Positions 8,111-17,376 of a stretch of DNA of 42,292 bases are shown here, in pieces (positions within the stretch are counted from its first letter, which is position 1; each line of letters starts with the position of its first letter). Origin of the DNA: a virus. Taxonomy: Duplodnaviria; Caudoviricetes. Location of the stretch: positions 1 to 42,292 of IMG/VR virus record IMGVR_UViG_3300032212_000613; one strand, 5' to 3'. The translations under genes were made by a program, and so were the position numbers. A model generated the notes under the pieces. That model was not told where the DNA came from, did not search any database, and worked only from the letters and a program-made list of their open reading frames with translations.

Positions 8111-8734
8111 ATGACTGGTGCATGGAACGACTATAACGACGCGGAATCCCAAACATCCTACGACCTGATCCCAAAGGGCACCATTGTGCCGGTGCGGATG
8201 ACCATCAAGCCGGGTGGTTATGACGATCCGGCTCAGGGCTGGACAGGTGGATACGCAACCCACAACGATACGACCGGCTCGGTCTATCTGAACGCCGAGT
8301 TTGTTATCCTCGAAGGTCCGTTTGCCAAGCGTAAGGTCTGGAGCCTGATTGGGCTCCGCAGCCTCAAGGGGCCTGAGTGGGGCAACATGGGCCGGTCTTT
8401 TGTGCGCGGTATCCTGAACTCGTCACGAGGCCTTTCCGACAAAGACAATTCCCCGCAGGCGCAGGCTGCTCGCCGTATCAACGGTTTTACGGATCTGGAT
8501 GGCATTGAATTCCTGGCCAAGATTGATGTCGGCAAAGATGCCAATGGCGACCCGAAAAACGATATCCGGTTTGCGGTGGCTCCCAACCATAAGGACTGGG
8601 ATACGTTTAAGTCTGGCGGTGGTCTCTGGATGCCGAGCCAATCGGCTCCTGCCACAACGGCCCAGCCGATGGCCAATGCCAACACAGAAGCGCAACCGGC
8701 TTCAAACCCCAATCGCCCGTCTTGGGCTCAGTAG
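8111..8734 (+). CDS. Putative phage ssDNA-binding protein (DUF669-like)
   Basis: Follows the Sak4-like gene; OB-fold-like core with flexible P/A-rich tail ending RPSWAQ. Confidence 0.6.
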   Translation: MTGAWNDYNDAESQTSYDLIPKGTIVPVRMTIKPGGYDDPAQGWTGGYATHNDTTGSVYLNAEFVILEGPFAKRKVWSLIGLRSLKGPEWGNMGRSFVRGILNSSRGLSDKDNSPQAQAARRINGFTDLDGIEFLAKIDVGKDANGDPKNDIRFAVAPNHKDWDTFKSGGGLWMPSQSAPATTAQPMANANTEAQPASNPNRPSWAQ

Positions 8735-8746
8735 GGGGGGCTGGTC

Positions 8747-10423
8747 ATGTTACTCCGTCCCCGCCAGAAAACCTTCGTCGAGCGCAGTGTTCAAGCGCTC
8801 GGCGAACACGGCAACACACTGGCTGTTGCCTCCACCGGATTTGGTAAAACCATCGCGCTGGCCGGTGTCACCGGTCAGCTGCTGAAAGGCAATGATGCCA
8901 AGGCCTGTGTGCTTGCCCATCGCGATGAGCTGACAAGCCAAAACGAGACAAAGTTCAATCGGGTCAACCCGGGCCTTAGCACCTCGGTCGTCGATGCCAA
9001 GACCAAATCCTGGCAGGGGCGGACCACGTTCGCCATGGTTCCGACCTTGGCGCGTCAATCCAACCTTGCTGCCATGCCCGCACTTGACCTTCTGGTGATT
9101 GACGAAGCCCATCACGCGGCAGCCGACAGTTACCGTCGCATTATCGATCAGGCCAGGGACAAAAACCCGGACGTTAAGATTTTCGGTGTGACGGCTACTC
9201 CCAACCGGGGAGACAAGAAGGGGTTGCGTCCGATCTTTTCCAATGTTGCCGATCAAGTCTTCATTGGAGAATTGGTTGCTTCCGGACATCTGGTGCCGCC
9301 GCGCACCTTCGTGATTGATGTTGGCGCACAGGAAGCACTCAAGTCGGTTCGCAAGACCGTTGACGACTTCGACATGATGGCCGTGGACGCCATTATGAAC
9401 AAAGCGCCGATCACGGATGCTGTGATCCAGCACTGGCGGGAGAAGGCGGGTGATCGTCAAACCGTTGTCTTTTGTTCAACGGTCGATCACGCCCGCAATG
9501 TGCGTGACGCTTTTTGCACCCAAGGTATCCAGGCCGCCATGGTTTATGGCGACATGGGCGCTGCCGACCGGCGCAATGTCCTCCAAGCCTATGAGCGGGG
9601 GGAAACCCAGGTTCTGGTCAATGTCGCGGTGCTGACCGAAGGTTGGGATCATCCGCCGACCAGTTGTGTCGTTCTGTTGAGGCCGTCTTCTTATAAATCC
9701 ACCATGATCCAGATGGTCGGGCGTGGCCTGCGTACCGTTGATCCCAGCGAACATCCGGGCGTGGTCAAAAGCGACTGCATTGTGCTCGATTTTGGCACCT
9801 CCAGTCTTCTGCACGGCAGCCTTGAGCAGGACGTAAATCTTGATGGCAAGGTGGGCTCCGGTCCGGCCTTGACCAAGGAATGCCCAGAGTGTGCAGCCAA
9901 TGTACCGCTGGCCGTCATGGAATGCCCGTTGTGTGGCTACCACTTCCAATCTGAGGGCAAGGAAGGCCAACAGCCGATCTCTGACTTTGTCATGTCGGAA
10001 GTGGATCTGCTCAAACGTTCCAGCTTCCAATGGTGCGATCTCTTTGGCGATGATGCGGCGCTGGTCGCAAATGGCTTCAACGCATGGAGCGGGGTTTTCT
10101 TTCATCAAGGCCGCTGGCATGCCGTCGGCGGTGGCAAGGGCCTCAAATTGCATTTGCTGGCCATGGGTGAGCGCACCATTTGTCTGGCCGCAGCCGATGA
10201 CTGGCTGAATGAAAACGAGACCGATGAAAGCGCCCATAAATCCCGTTCCTGGCTCAATCAGTCCGTCACAACTCGTCAGCTCCAATTCTTGCCGCCCGAA
10301 TACCGTCAGGATTTTGGCCTGACCCGGTATCACGCATCGGCTCTGCTGACATTTCAGTTCAACAAGGCTGCAATCACCAATCTGGTGTTGAACGCCCCTG
10401 AAGATAGCCGGAGGGCGGCATGA
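8747..10423 (+). CDS. SF2 DEAD/DEAH-box helicase with C-terminal Zn finger
   Basis: STGFGKT, IDEAHH, TATP, LTEGWD, QMVGRGLR, CPEC...CPLC. Confidence 0.93.
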   Translation: MLLRPRQKTFVERSVQALGEHGNTLAVASTGFGKTIALAGVTGQLLKGNDAKACVLAHRDELTSQNETKFNRVNPGLSTSVVDAKTKSWQGRTTFAMVPTLARQSNLAAMPALDLLVIDEAHHAAADSYRRIIDQARDKNPDVKIFGVTATPNRGDKKGLRPIFSNVADQVFIGELVASGHLVPPRTFVIDVGAQEALKSVRKTVDDFDMMAVDAIMNKAPITDAVIQHWREKAGDRQTVVFCSTVDHARNVRDAFCTQGIQAAMVYGDMGAADRRNVLQAYERGETQVLVNVAVLTEGWDHPPTSCVVLLRPSSYKSTMIQMVGRGLRTVDPSEHPGVVKSDCIVLDFGTSSLLHGSLEQDVNLDGKVGSGPALTKECPECAANVPLAVMECPLCGYHFQSEGKEGQQPISDFVMSEVDLLKRSSFQWCDLFGDDAALVANGFNAWSGVFFHQGRWHAVGGGKGLKLHLLAMGERTICLAAADDWLNENETDESAHKSRSWLNQSVTTRQLQFLPPEYRQDFGLTRYHASALLTFQFNKAAITNLVLNAPEDSRRAA

Positions 10424-10426
10424 CCC

Positions 10427-10831
10427 ATGGTGACTTCAGCAAACGCTGCCACCCGTTTGAGGTTATGGCATCCGCGCGGGGAACTCTGTGCCGTCTGTCG
10501 GCAACCCACCCGTGGTTTTGGCTGGTTCGACCGCCATTCATCGAAGCGTCCGCGTATTCAGCGGTGGTTCTGCTCCATGGACTGCCAGGGTTTTTGGTCG
10601 CGCTTGGCGAAGGAGGGCTTGGGCATGGTTGATCTGACCGAACAGGAAAAAGCCGCCTTGCGCAATGCCGTCAAAATGCTGGCGGAAGTGATGGAAGAGA
10701 TCGGTTGGGAGACCCGCCTGATAGATCTCACAGAAACCCAGGTTCTCACCCTCGCTGAAGTCTGCGTTGGCGGGTTTCAGGACGCCATGTTGTCGATTGC
10801 CAAAGGCGAGGACACGGAGGTCCCATTTTGA
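10427..10831 (+). CDS. Phage protein with Cys-rich N-terminus (DUF6511-like)
   Basis: CAVC...FCSMDCQ followed by DLTEQE...EVPF. Confidence 0.7.
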   Translation: MVTSANAATRLRLWHPRGELCAVCRQPTRGFGWFDRHSSKRPRIQRWFCSMDCQGFWSRLAKEGLGMVDLTEQEKAALRNAVKMLAEVMEEIGWETRLIDLTETQVLTLAEVCVGGFQDAMLSIAKGEDTEVPF

Positions 10832-11592
10832 TGCTGGACTACAATTCCTCCCAAACATTCGCCGATCAGGTGAACGCTCATATTGATGAGGCTTTGGTCG
10901 CTGAAAACCAATGCCAGACACCACGCCAGTACCTCGGCGGCTCCCGTCTTGGTGTTGCCTGTGAACGCGCTTTGCAATTCGAATACGCCCAGGCCCCGAA
11001 GGACGATGGTCGGGATTTCGATGGGCAAACCCTGCGGATTTTTGCTGCCGGTCACGTCTTTGAGGACCTGGCCATTGATTGGCTGCGCAAGGCTGGCTTC
11101 GAGCTCTATACGACCAAAGGCAATAAGCCCGGTGGAGAGCAATTCGGTTTCAGTGTCGCGGGTGGCCGTATTCGTGGTCATGTGGACGGCATAATCAACG
11201 CAGCCCCAGTCATGGATGGCTTTCCAGCCCTTTGGGAATGCAAATCACTTAATAACAAATCCTGGAACGACACCGCTAAACGCGGGGTCACGGTATCCAA
11301 GCCGGTTTATGCCGCGCAGATCGCCACCTACCAGGCCTATATGGAAGCCTCGGTTCCGGGCATTTCTCAAAACCCGGCACTGTTTACCGCCATCAACAAG
11401 GACACGGCGGAACTTCACCATGAGCTGGTTGCGTTTGATGGCGGACTCGCCCAGCGCATGAGCGATAAAGCGGTGCGCGTCATTCAGGCGACGGAAGCCG
11501 GTGAGTTGCTGCCCCGTATCGCGCAATCGGCTGATTTCTTCGAGTGCAAATTCTGCGACTGGTCTGATCGGTGCTGGAGAACCGGCGGATGA
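10828..11592 (+). CDS. PD-(D/E)XK Cas4-like phage exonuclease
   Basis: C...GHVFE...GHVDG...WECKS...QIATY...CKFC...C. Confidence 0.85.
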   Translation: MMLDYNSSQTFADQVNAHIDEALVAENQCQTPRQYLGGSRLGVACERALQFEYAQAPKDDGRDFDGQTLRIFAAGHVFEDLAIDWLRKAGFELYTTKGNKPGGEQFGFSVAGGRIRGHVDGIINAAPVMDGFPALWECKSLNNKSWNDTAKRGVTVSKPVYAAQIATYQAYMEASVPGISQNPALFTAINKDTAELHHELVAFDGGLAQRMSDKAVRVIQATEAGELLPRIAQSADFFECKFCDWSDRCWRTGG

Positions 11593-13793
11593 GCAATGAG
11601 GTTGTAAACATTAATGATTGGCGCGACTTCAATTCAGCAGCACCTCAGCGCCAAGACGATGCTCGCCAAACAGGGCTCTCGGTTGAAGAGATTAAGGTGC
11701 GCCTCAATGCCAATTTGCGTGGCCTTCTGTCCTACCTCTATCCCGCAGGTGTTTTTCGTCATGGCAAATTCCTGGTTGGTGATGTCCGAGGCAATAAGGG
11801 CGAAAGCTTGAGTGTGGAGCTATCCGGGCCCAAAGCCGGGATGTGGCATGACTTTGCGACAGGTGAGGGCGGTGACGTGCTCGCACTTTGGGCTGCGGCA
11901 ACAGGGCGCAACACCCAATCGGATTTCCCTTTGTTATTGGATGACGTTCGCCAGTGGCTGGGCGAGCCGCGATCTGAAACTGTCCCCGTTGAGCCGGAGC
12001 GTGCCGTGCCGATGGACGAGTTGGGGCCGGTGACAGCCAAGTGGGACTATGTTGATGGCGAGGGCGCTCTGTTGGCCTGTGTCTATCGCTATGACCCGCC
12101 CAGCGGAAAGCAGTTTAGGCCCTGGGACGTTTCATGCCGGAAGATGAAGGCTCCGGATCCGCGACCACTTTATAACCAGCCCGCCATGAAATCCGCCATG
12201 GATGTGGTGGTGGTTGAAGGCGAGAAGGCGGCAGATGCCTTAATCAGCCAGGGCGTTTGTGCCACCACAGCTATGAATGGGGCCAAGGCACCGGTTGAGA
12301 AAACTGACTGGTCACCGCTTTGTGGCAAACGGGTCTTGATCTGGCCCGACAAGGATGCAGCAGGTTGGCAGTACGCGGAATCTGCTGCCGAGGCTGCTCT
12401 TGGTAGTGGTGCCCTTTCCGTCGCTATTCTTATGCCGCCTCTGGATAAACCAGAAAAGTGGGATGCGGCGGACGCTGTCGATGACGGCATGGATATTGAT
12501 GCCTTCATTGCCAACGCACCGCGTCAATCCATCGTAAGCCCTAGGTCCAATGCGCAAGCCTTTAGCCTGAAGCAGTTGCTGGGTGATCGCTCTGCCATGC
12601 CGGACGACATCATTGCGCCTCGTGTCCTGACGCCATCAGGACTGCTGGTTTTCGGCGGTGCGCCCAAGGTTGGTAAAAGTGATTTTTTGCTCTGCTGGCT
12701 AGTTCACATGGCTTCAGGCATTGGGTTTCTGTCCTTTACGCCACCGCGTCCTTTGCGCGTTTTCTATCTGCAGGCCGAAATCCAGTATCACTACCTCCGG
12801 GAACGCCTTCAGGACATCTCATTGCAGCCTGAAGTGATTCGGCACGCCCATGACAATCTCGTCATCACACCGCAGCTCAAGCTCATTTTGAATGAAGCGG
12901 GCGTTGAGACGGTTGGCGCTTTAATCCGAAAACACTTCCCCGATGGGCTGGACATCATCGTCATTGATCCGATCCGAAACGTCTTTGATGGCGGTGAAGC
13001 GGGACCCAGTGAGAATGACAACAACGCCATGCTGTTCTTCTTGCGTGATCGCGTTGAGAAACTTCGAGACGCTGTGGACCCGGACGCTGGCATCATTCTG
13101 GTCCATCACACCCGCAAGCTCTCTAAGAAGCAAGTCGATGAAGACCCGTTCCAGGCACTCTCTGGCGCTGGGTCACTCCGGGGCTACTACAGCTCGGGCA
13201 TGATCCTGTTTCGCCCTGATGAAACGCGCTCTGAACGCAAGCTCATCACGGAACTGCGCAACGGCCCAGCCCTGGCGGCAAAGATCGTCGATAAGGACGG
13301 TGGGCAATGGATCGAAATTGATCCGTCGTCGGAGAGGCTGATTCGTCAGGAATATGGTGAGAAGCTCGATGCCGAACGTCTGCGTAAACGCGATGTCATT
13401 CTTCAGGTTCTCTTCGAAGAAGCGCTGGGCGGACGGGTTTACACTGCGACCCAATTTGCCGAGCGGTTTGAAAACCGGGCTGGTTTGGGTGGCCGGAGCA
13501 CCATTGCCGAGCGTGTCAGTGTTCTGACCACCAAAGGCTACATCAAATATTTCCGCAATCCGGAAGATCACGATCTGCCGCCTCTGCCACGCACTCGCTA
13601 CGGCTATCTCTGTGTTGAAGGCATGCAGCTGGGTGAGGCCGAGGACGTTGTGGATGAGGAAACTGGTGAGGTTTTCCAAAGCGTCCATCAGCTCCTTCCG
13701 ACCCATTACAAGTGCCACCAGTCAGGGGCCGTTCTGGAGGTCGAAAGCCCGCATAATTGGGTCTATCACGATGAGGAGATGGACCATGAATAG
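11589..13793 (+). CDS. Primase-helicase fusion (TOPRIM + RepA/AAA_25 helicase)
   Basis: VVVEGEKAAD and WPDKD TOPRIM motifs, Walker A GAPKVGKS, IIVIDP, LVHHTRK, SGAGS. Confidence 0.88.
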   Translation: MSNEVVNINDWRDFNSAAPQRQDDARQTGLSVEEIKVRLNANLRGLLSYLYPAGVFRHGKFLVGDVRGNKGESLSVELSGPKAGMWHDFATGEGGDVLALWAAATGRNTQSDFPLLLDDVRQWLGEPRSETVPVEPERAVPMDELGPVTAKWDYVDGEGALLACVYRYDPPSGKQFRPWDVSCRKMKAPDPRPLYNQPAMKSAMDVVVVEGEKAADALISQGVCATTAMNGAKAPVEKTDWSPLCGKRVLIWPDKDAAGWQYAESAAEAALGSGALSVAILMPPLDKPEKWDAADAVDDGMDIDAFIANAPRQSIVSPRSNAQAFSLKQLLGDRSAMPDDIIAPRVLTPSGLLVFGGAPKVGKSDFLLCWLVHMASGIGFLSFTPPRPLRVFYLQAEIQYHYLRERLQDISLQPEVIRHAHDNLVITPQLKLILNEAGVETVGALIRKHFPDGLDIIVIDPIRNVFDGGEAGPSENDNNAMLFFLRDRVEKLRDAVDPDAGIILVHHTRKLSKKQVDEDPFQALSGAGSLRGYYSSGMILFRPDETRSERKLITELRNGPALAAKIVDKDGGQWIEIDPSSERLIRQEYGEKLDAERLRKRDVILQVLFEEALGGRVYTATQFAERFENRAGLGGRSTIAERVSVLTTKGYIKYFRNPEDHDLPPLPRTRYGYLCVEGMQLGEAEDVVDEETGEVFQSVHQLLPTHYKCHQSGAVLEVESPHNWVYHDEEMDHE

Positions 13794-13817
13794 GGGGCAA
13801 ATTTTCGGCTGTGACTT

Positions 13818-14004
13818 CTGGAGTCCATGGAGTCCAGACATGCTCTGGATTCAAAGATTCAATGAAAACAGTCGGTTAGGGTCAATTCAGAAATCCAGCC
13901 GGATTCCTGTCTGGATTTCTGGATTCCTGACGAAACGTGAGGATTTCAGCGGCTTTCAGACCCCAATCAGAAATCCAAGTGAATACCTCCCCCTAAAGGG
14001 GGAG
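13818..14004. other. Putative phage replication origin (repeat cluster plus hairpin)
   Basis: CAGAAATCCA at 13888 and 13968, inverted at 13912; several TGGA(G/T)TC copies; CTCCCCC-TAAA-GGGGGAG hairpin at 13987-14004. Confidence 0.5.
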
Positions 14005-14109
14005 AGGGCTACGCCAGCGCTGACGCTTGGCGAACCCTCTTCGCCGTGGCGGTCGATCCTGTCCGGCCATTTCTACCATCAGCATTGTTCAATCAACATG
14101 GAGGCAATT

Positions 14110-14631
14110 ATGCCAGCACCAACCTCTGTCCAAATTCCACCTGACCCGTGTGACGGTCCACTCAAAATACTTGCCCTGGATCTCGGCACCAAAACCGGAT
14201 GGGCCGTCTGCTTACCGGATCGGACCATCACAAGCGGTATTGCCGAGTTCAAGAATGATCGCTGGCAAGGCGGTGGTATGCGCTTCCTGCGGTTCAAGCA
14301 ATGGCTCACCGAGGTCAAACAAATGGCCGGTGGTCTGGATACGGTCTTCATTGAGGAGGTCCGTCGTCATGCCGGTGTCGATGCCGCCCATGTCTATGGC
14401 GGATTTCTCGCCCATGTGACTGCCTGGTGTGAACACCACGCCATTCCTTACGAAGCTGTTCCGGTCGGCACGATCAAACGTCACGCAACCGGCAAAGGGA
14501 ACGCCAACAAGGAAGCCATGATTGAGGCCGCTCGCAAACGTGGGTTTGACCCTGCCGATGACAATGAAGCAGATGCACTGGCAATCCTTGATTGGGCGAT
14601 GGCCAATCGTGGTGGAGGGTCGGATCAATGA
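14110..14631 (+). CDS. RuvC-like Holliday junction resolvase
   Basis: ILALDLG, FIEEV, IKRHATGKGNANK, DNEADALA; GGAGG RBS. Confidence 0.85.
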   Translation: MPAPTSVQIPPDPCDGPLKILALDLGTKTGWAVCLPDRTITSGIAEFKNDRWQGGGMRFLRFKQWLTEVKQMAGGLDTVFIEEVRRHAGVDAAHVYGGFLAHVTAWCEHHAIPYEAVPVGTIKRHATGKGNANKEAMIEAARKRGFDPADDNEADALAILDWAMANRGGGSDQ

Positions 14632-14885
14632 ACGGCGAGATGATGCTCAAACAGGCGGCCGCTGTTGTCGGTAATCGCCGTGAGACTTACGGCGAGCCAT
14701 CTGCCTCCATGGCGGCCATCGCCAAGCGCTGGTCAATTACGCTGGGCCAGCCGATCACGCCCTCGCAGGTGGCCTTGTGCCTGATCGATTTGAAACTGGC
14801 GCGACTGGCTCATGATCCTCAGCATCTCGACAGCATGGTCGATATCGCTGGCTACGCCGCCGTGTTGAAAGAGGTGAGCCGATGA
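14628..14885 (+). CDS. DUF6378-like phage protein
   Basis: RRETYG...LKLARL...HLDSMVDIAGYAA. Confidence 0.75.
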   Translation: MNGEMMLKQAAAVVGNRRETYGEPSASMAAIAKRWSITLGQPITPSQVALCLIDLKLARLAHDPQHLDSMVDIAGYAAVLKEVSR

Positions 14886-15076
14886 GATGGCACCCTCCCG
14901 GATATGGCGGCACGCGCCGCAATGCCGATCAGGTCAAGCGTGACGGTTGGCAGGATCAGGGCATGTTGGCGGTTTCCATTGAGGATGAGCGCCTGACCTG
15001 GCCTGAGAAGGAACTCGTTCGCCAATTGGGCGACAGGCTCTATGGCAAACGAAAGGAAGAAGCACATGAGCAATGA
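14882..15076 (+). CDS. Phage hypothetical protein
   Basis: 64 aa, GAGGTG RBS, ATGA coupling. Confidence 0.7.
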   Translation: MRWHPPGYGGTRRNADQVKRDGWQDQGMLAVSIEDERLTWPEKELVRQLGDRLYGKRKEEAHEQ

Positions 15077-15509
15077 TCCATGGACAGCCTCCCTTGTGGA
15101 GGAGCGGTTGGCGGAAGCCGCAGGGGTGTTGAAGCGGCTTCCGGAGGAAAAGGTGCAAGGCTATTTCTCGGCCTGGCCCGACGTTGTTCACAACATCCAT
15201 GAATCCTTTGGGTGGCATGACCCGGTGCTGCGCAGGCCCTGGCCGTCTCCGGGATCCATCGACAGGATGGATGAGGCGATGCAATGGCTGCAGTGGCTCG
15301 AACGGGACGTTGCCAAGATTTGCTGGTTTCGGGCGGCAGGCGAGCGCTGGAAGAAGATCTGCGGACGCGTGGGATTGCAGCGCACGGCAGTCCATCAACG
15401 CTATCTTTTTGGCCATTGCGTCATTGCCTGGAAGCTTAACGGTCATAGGGTGCCGCGTAATTGTTCGCGCCGCAAAGTGATAGAGATGGTCCAATCGGCG
15501 AAGGGGTGA
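15066..15509 (+). CDS. Putative late-gene transcriptional regulator (DUF6362-like, sigma region-4-like HTH)
   Basis: PSPGSIDRMDEAMQWL...WKKICGRVGLQRTAVHQR; last gene before cos and the late genes. Confidence 0.7.
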   Translation: MSNDPWTASLVEERLAEAAGVLKRLPEEKVQGYFSAWPDVVHNIHESFGWHDPVLRRPWPSPGSIDRMDEAMQWLQWLERDVAKICWFRAAGERWKKICGRVGLQRTAVHQRYLFGHCVIAWKLNGHRVPRNCSRRKVIEMVQSAKG

Positions 15510-15524
15510 GTAGGGCATAGAAAG

Positions 15525-15576
15525 GTGTTCGGCGAACACTTTTCGCGCGGACAAAAACGGCGGTTTAGGGTACATT
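15525..15576 (+). promoter_or_regulatory. Putative late promoter with upstream palindrome
   Basis: GTGTTC-GGC-GAACAC (15525-15539), then CGGACA-N17-TACATT. Confidence 0.45.
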
Positions 15577-15657
15577 TTTTGCCAAGCTTGCGAGAGGCGC
15601 GTCCGGGACGGGATGCCCACAAAGCAACGAAATTCCATCGAATTTGAGCGAAGTCAC

Positions 15658-15859
15658 GGGTCCTTCCTGGCCGATATCCTATGCGGGCGGGCTCAGCGCG
15701 GGATTTTCCTAGTGACGCCCTGAAAAAAGCCATTTCGTTTCGCTTGGGGCAGAGCCCCCATCGCGGTCTGTCCGGCAGAACCTTTGGCGATGCGGCTGTC
15801 GCTCACATGATCGACAAAACGAAACCGTATCCGAGGTCATTTCGTTTCAAAGCGAAATG
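15658..15859 (+). other. Lambda-like cos site (cosQ, cosN, cosB-like repeats)
   Basis: GGGTCCT at 15658-15664; GGGCGGGCTCAG-CGCGGG at 15685-15702; CATTTCGTTTC-type repeats in both orientations downstream. Confidence 0.7.
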
Positions 15860-15894
15860 CCGCCGGTCTTTGCCATCCATTTATCGAGGTCACT

Positions 15895-17151
15895 TTGAGC
15901 GCACAGATCATCAATGTTGGTAACAAGGTCGAGATGGTCGCTGTTGGCGATCTGGCTTGTCATCCAGAAAACCCGCGTCGGGGGAACCTTGATGAGATCC
16001 GCTCCAGCATCCGTGCAAACGGATTTTATGGTGCGTTGGTCGTTCAACGCTCCACCGGTCACATTCTTGCTGGCAACCACCGCTTCATGGCCGCCGAGGC
16101 CGAGGGGCTGGACAAAGTGCCGGTCATTTATGTGGATGCCGATGACGAAGATGCAAAAGCTATTCTGGTTGGCGACAACCGCCTATCCGATTTAGCAGAA
16201 AACGACCCCGAGCTTCTGGCTGCCTTGCTGCAGGCGATCCAATCCCGCGATGAAGGTCTGATTGGCACGGGCTATTCAGATGACGACCTCGCCCAGATGC
16301 TGGCGCAAGCCGCTGGTGACATGGGGGCTGAACTCGAAGGCGAAGATGATATTCCAGATACCCCGGAACAACCGGTCGCTCAGCCTGGAGATCTGTGGGT
16401 GCTTGGCAAGCATCGACTGATCTGTGGTGATGCAACCGTTGCCACCGACGTGGAGAGGTTGCTTGGTTCGGTCAAACCGCTGCTTATGGTGACCGACCCG
16501 CCCTATGGGGTCGAGTATGACCCGAACTGGCGGAACAAGGCTGGAGCCGCAACGACTAAACGCACAGGCAAAGTGCTCAATGACGATCGTGCCGACTGGT
16601 ACGATGCCTGGGTCTTGTTTCCAGGTGAAGTCGCCTATGTCTGGCATGGAGCTTTGCATGCGACGACGGTCGCCGACAGTTTGGAACGTGCACAGTTTAA
16701 CGTTCGCTCCCAGATCATCTGGGCCAAGGAGCGCTTGGTTCTGAGTCGGGGTGATTATCACTGGCAGCACGAGCCTTGTTGGTACGCGGTCAAAAAAAAT
16801 GGCAAGGGTCACTGGGCCGGGGATCGCAAACAAACAACGCTATGGCAGGTTTCCAGCCGCGACCAGGACGCTGAAACGGTTCATGGAACTCAGAAGCCAG
16901 TCGAATGTATGCGTCGTCCGATTTTAAATAACTCGAGCCCGGGTCAGGCTGTTTATGAGCCTTTCATGGGATCGGGAACGACCTTGATCGCGGCGGAAAG
17001 CACGGGGCGGGTCTGTTATGGTGTGGAATTGAATCCGGCTTATGTAGATGTCGCTATTACACGATGGCAGAACATCACCGGTCAGAAGGCTATTTTGGAC
17101 GGCGAAAACCGTTCGTTTGAAGAGATTAATAACAAGAGGTCGGAAACGTGA
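15895..17151 (+). CDS. ParB-N domain + N4/N6 DNA methyltransferase (beta order)
   Basis: HPENPR...GNHR ParB motifs; TDPPY, HGTQKP, EPFMGSGTT. Confidence 0.9.
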   Translation: MSAQIINVGNKVEMVAVGDLACHPENPRRGNLDEIRSSIRANGFYGALVVQRSTGHILAGNHRFMAAEAEGLDKVPVIYVDADDEDAKAILVGDNRLSDLAENDPELLAALLQAIQSRDEGLIGTGYSDDDLAQMLAQAAGDMGAELEGEDDIPDTPEQPVAQPGDLWVLGKHRLICGDATVATDVERLLGSVKPLLMVTDPPYGVEYDPNWRNKAGAATTKRTGKVLNDDRADWYDAWVLFPGEVAYVWHGALHATTVADSLERAQFNVRSQIIWAKERLVLSRGDYHWQHEPCWYAVKKNGKGHWAGDRKQTTLWQVSSRDQDAETVHGTQKPVECMRRPILNNSSPGQAVYEPFMGSGTTLIAAESTGRVCYGVELNPAYVDVAITRWQNITGQKAILDGENRSFEEINNKRSET

Positions 17152-17375
17152 GACAGTCCAGGCGTATGTCCTTTTTGGAATCACTGACCAATGTCGCTGT
17201 CGGTTACGGCGTGGCGGTCACGGCGCAAATTGCAGTGTTTCCCCTGTTTGGTCTGGAAGTCTCCCTATCGGACAATCTGGTGATCGGTGCGATCTTCACA
17301 GGCATTTCGATTTTGCGCAGCTATACCCTGCGCCGGATCTTCGAAGAAATTCGGGTGCTGAAGGTCTGGGGCTGA
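17148..17375 (+). CDS. Small two-TM membrane protein (DUF7220-like)
   Basis: QSRRMSFLESLTNVAVGY...RSYTLRRIFE; GTGA overlap. Confidence 0.75.
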   Translation: MRQSRRMSFLESLTNVAVGYGVAVTAQIAVFPLFGLEVSLSDNLVIGAIFTGISILRSYTLRRIFEEIRVLKVWG

Positions 17376-17376
17376 C

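Noticed and set aside
10828-11592. Cas4-like gene as sign of a CRISPR system
   Set aside because: No array or other cas genes; it sits in a standard phage recombination module
13612-14109. Long N-terminal extension of the RuvC-like ORF
   Set aside because: Overlaps the primase end and repeat region; the RuvC fold and GGAGG RBS point to 14110
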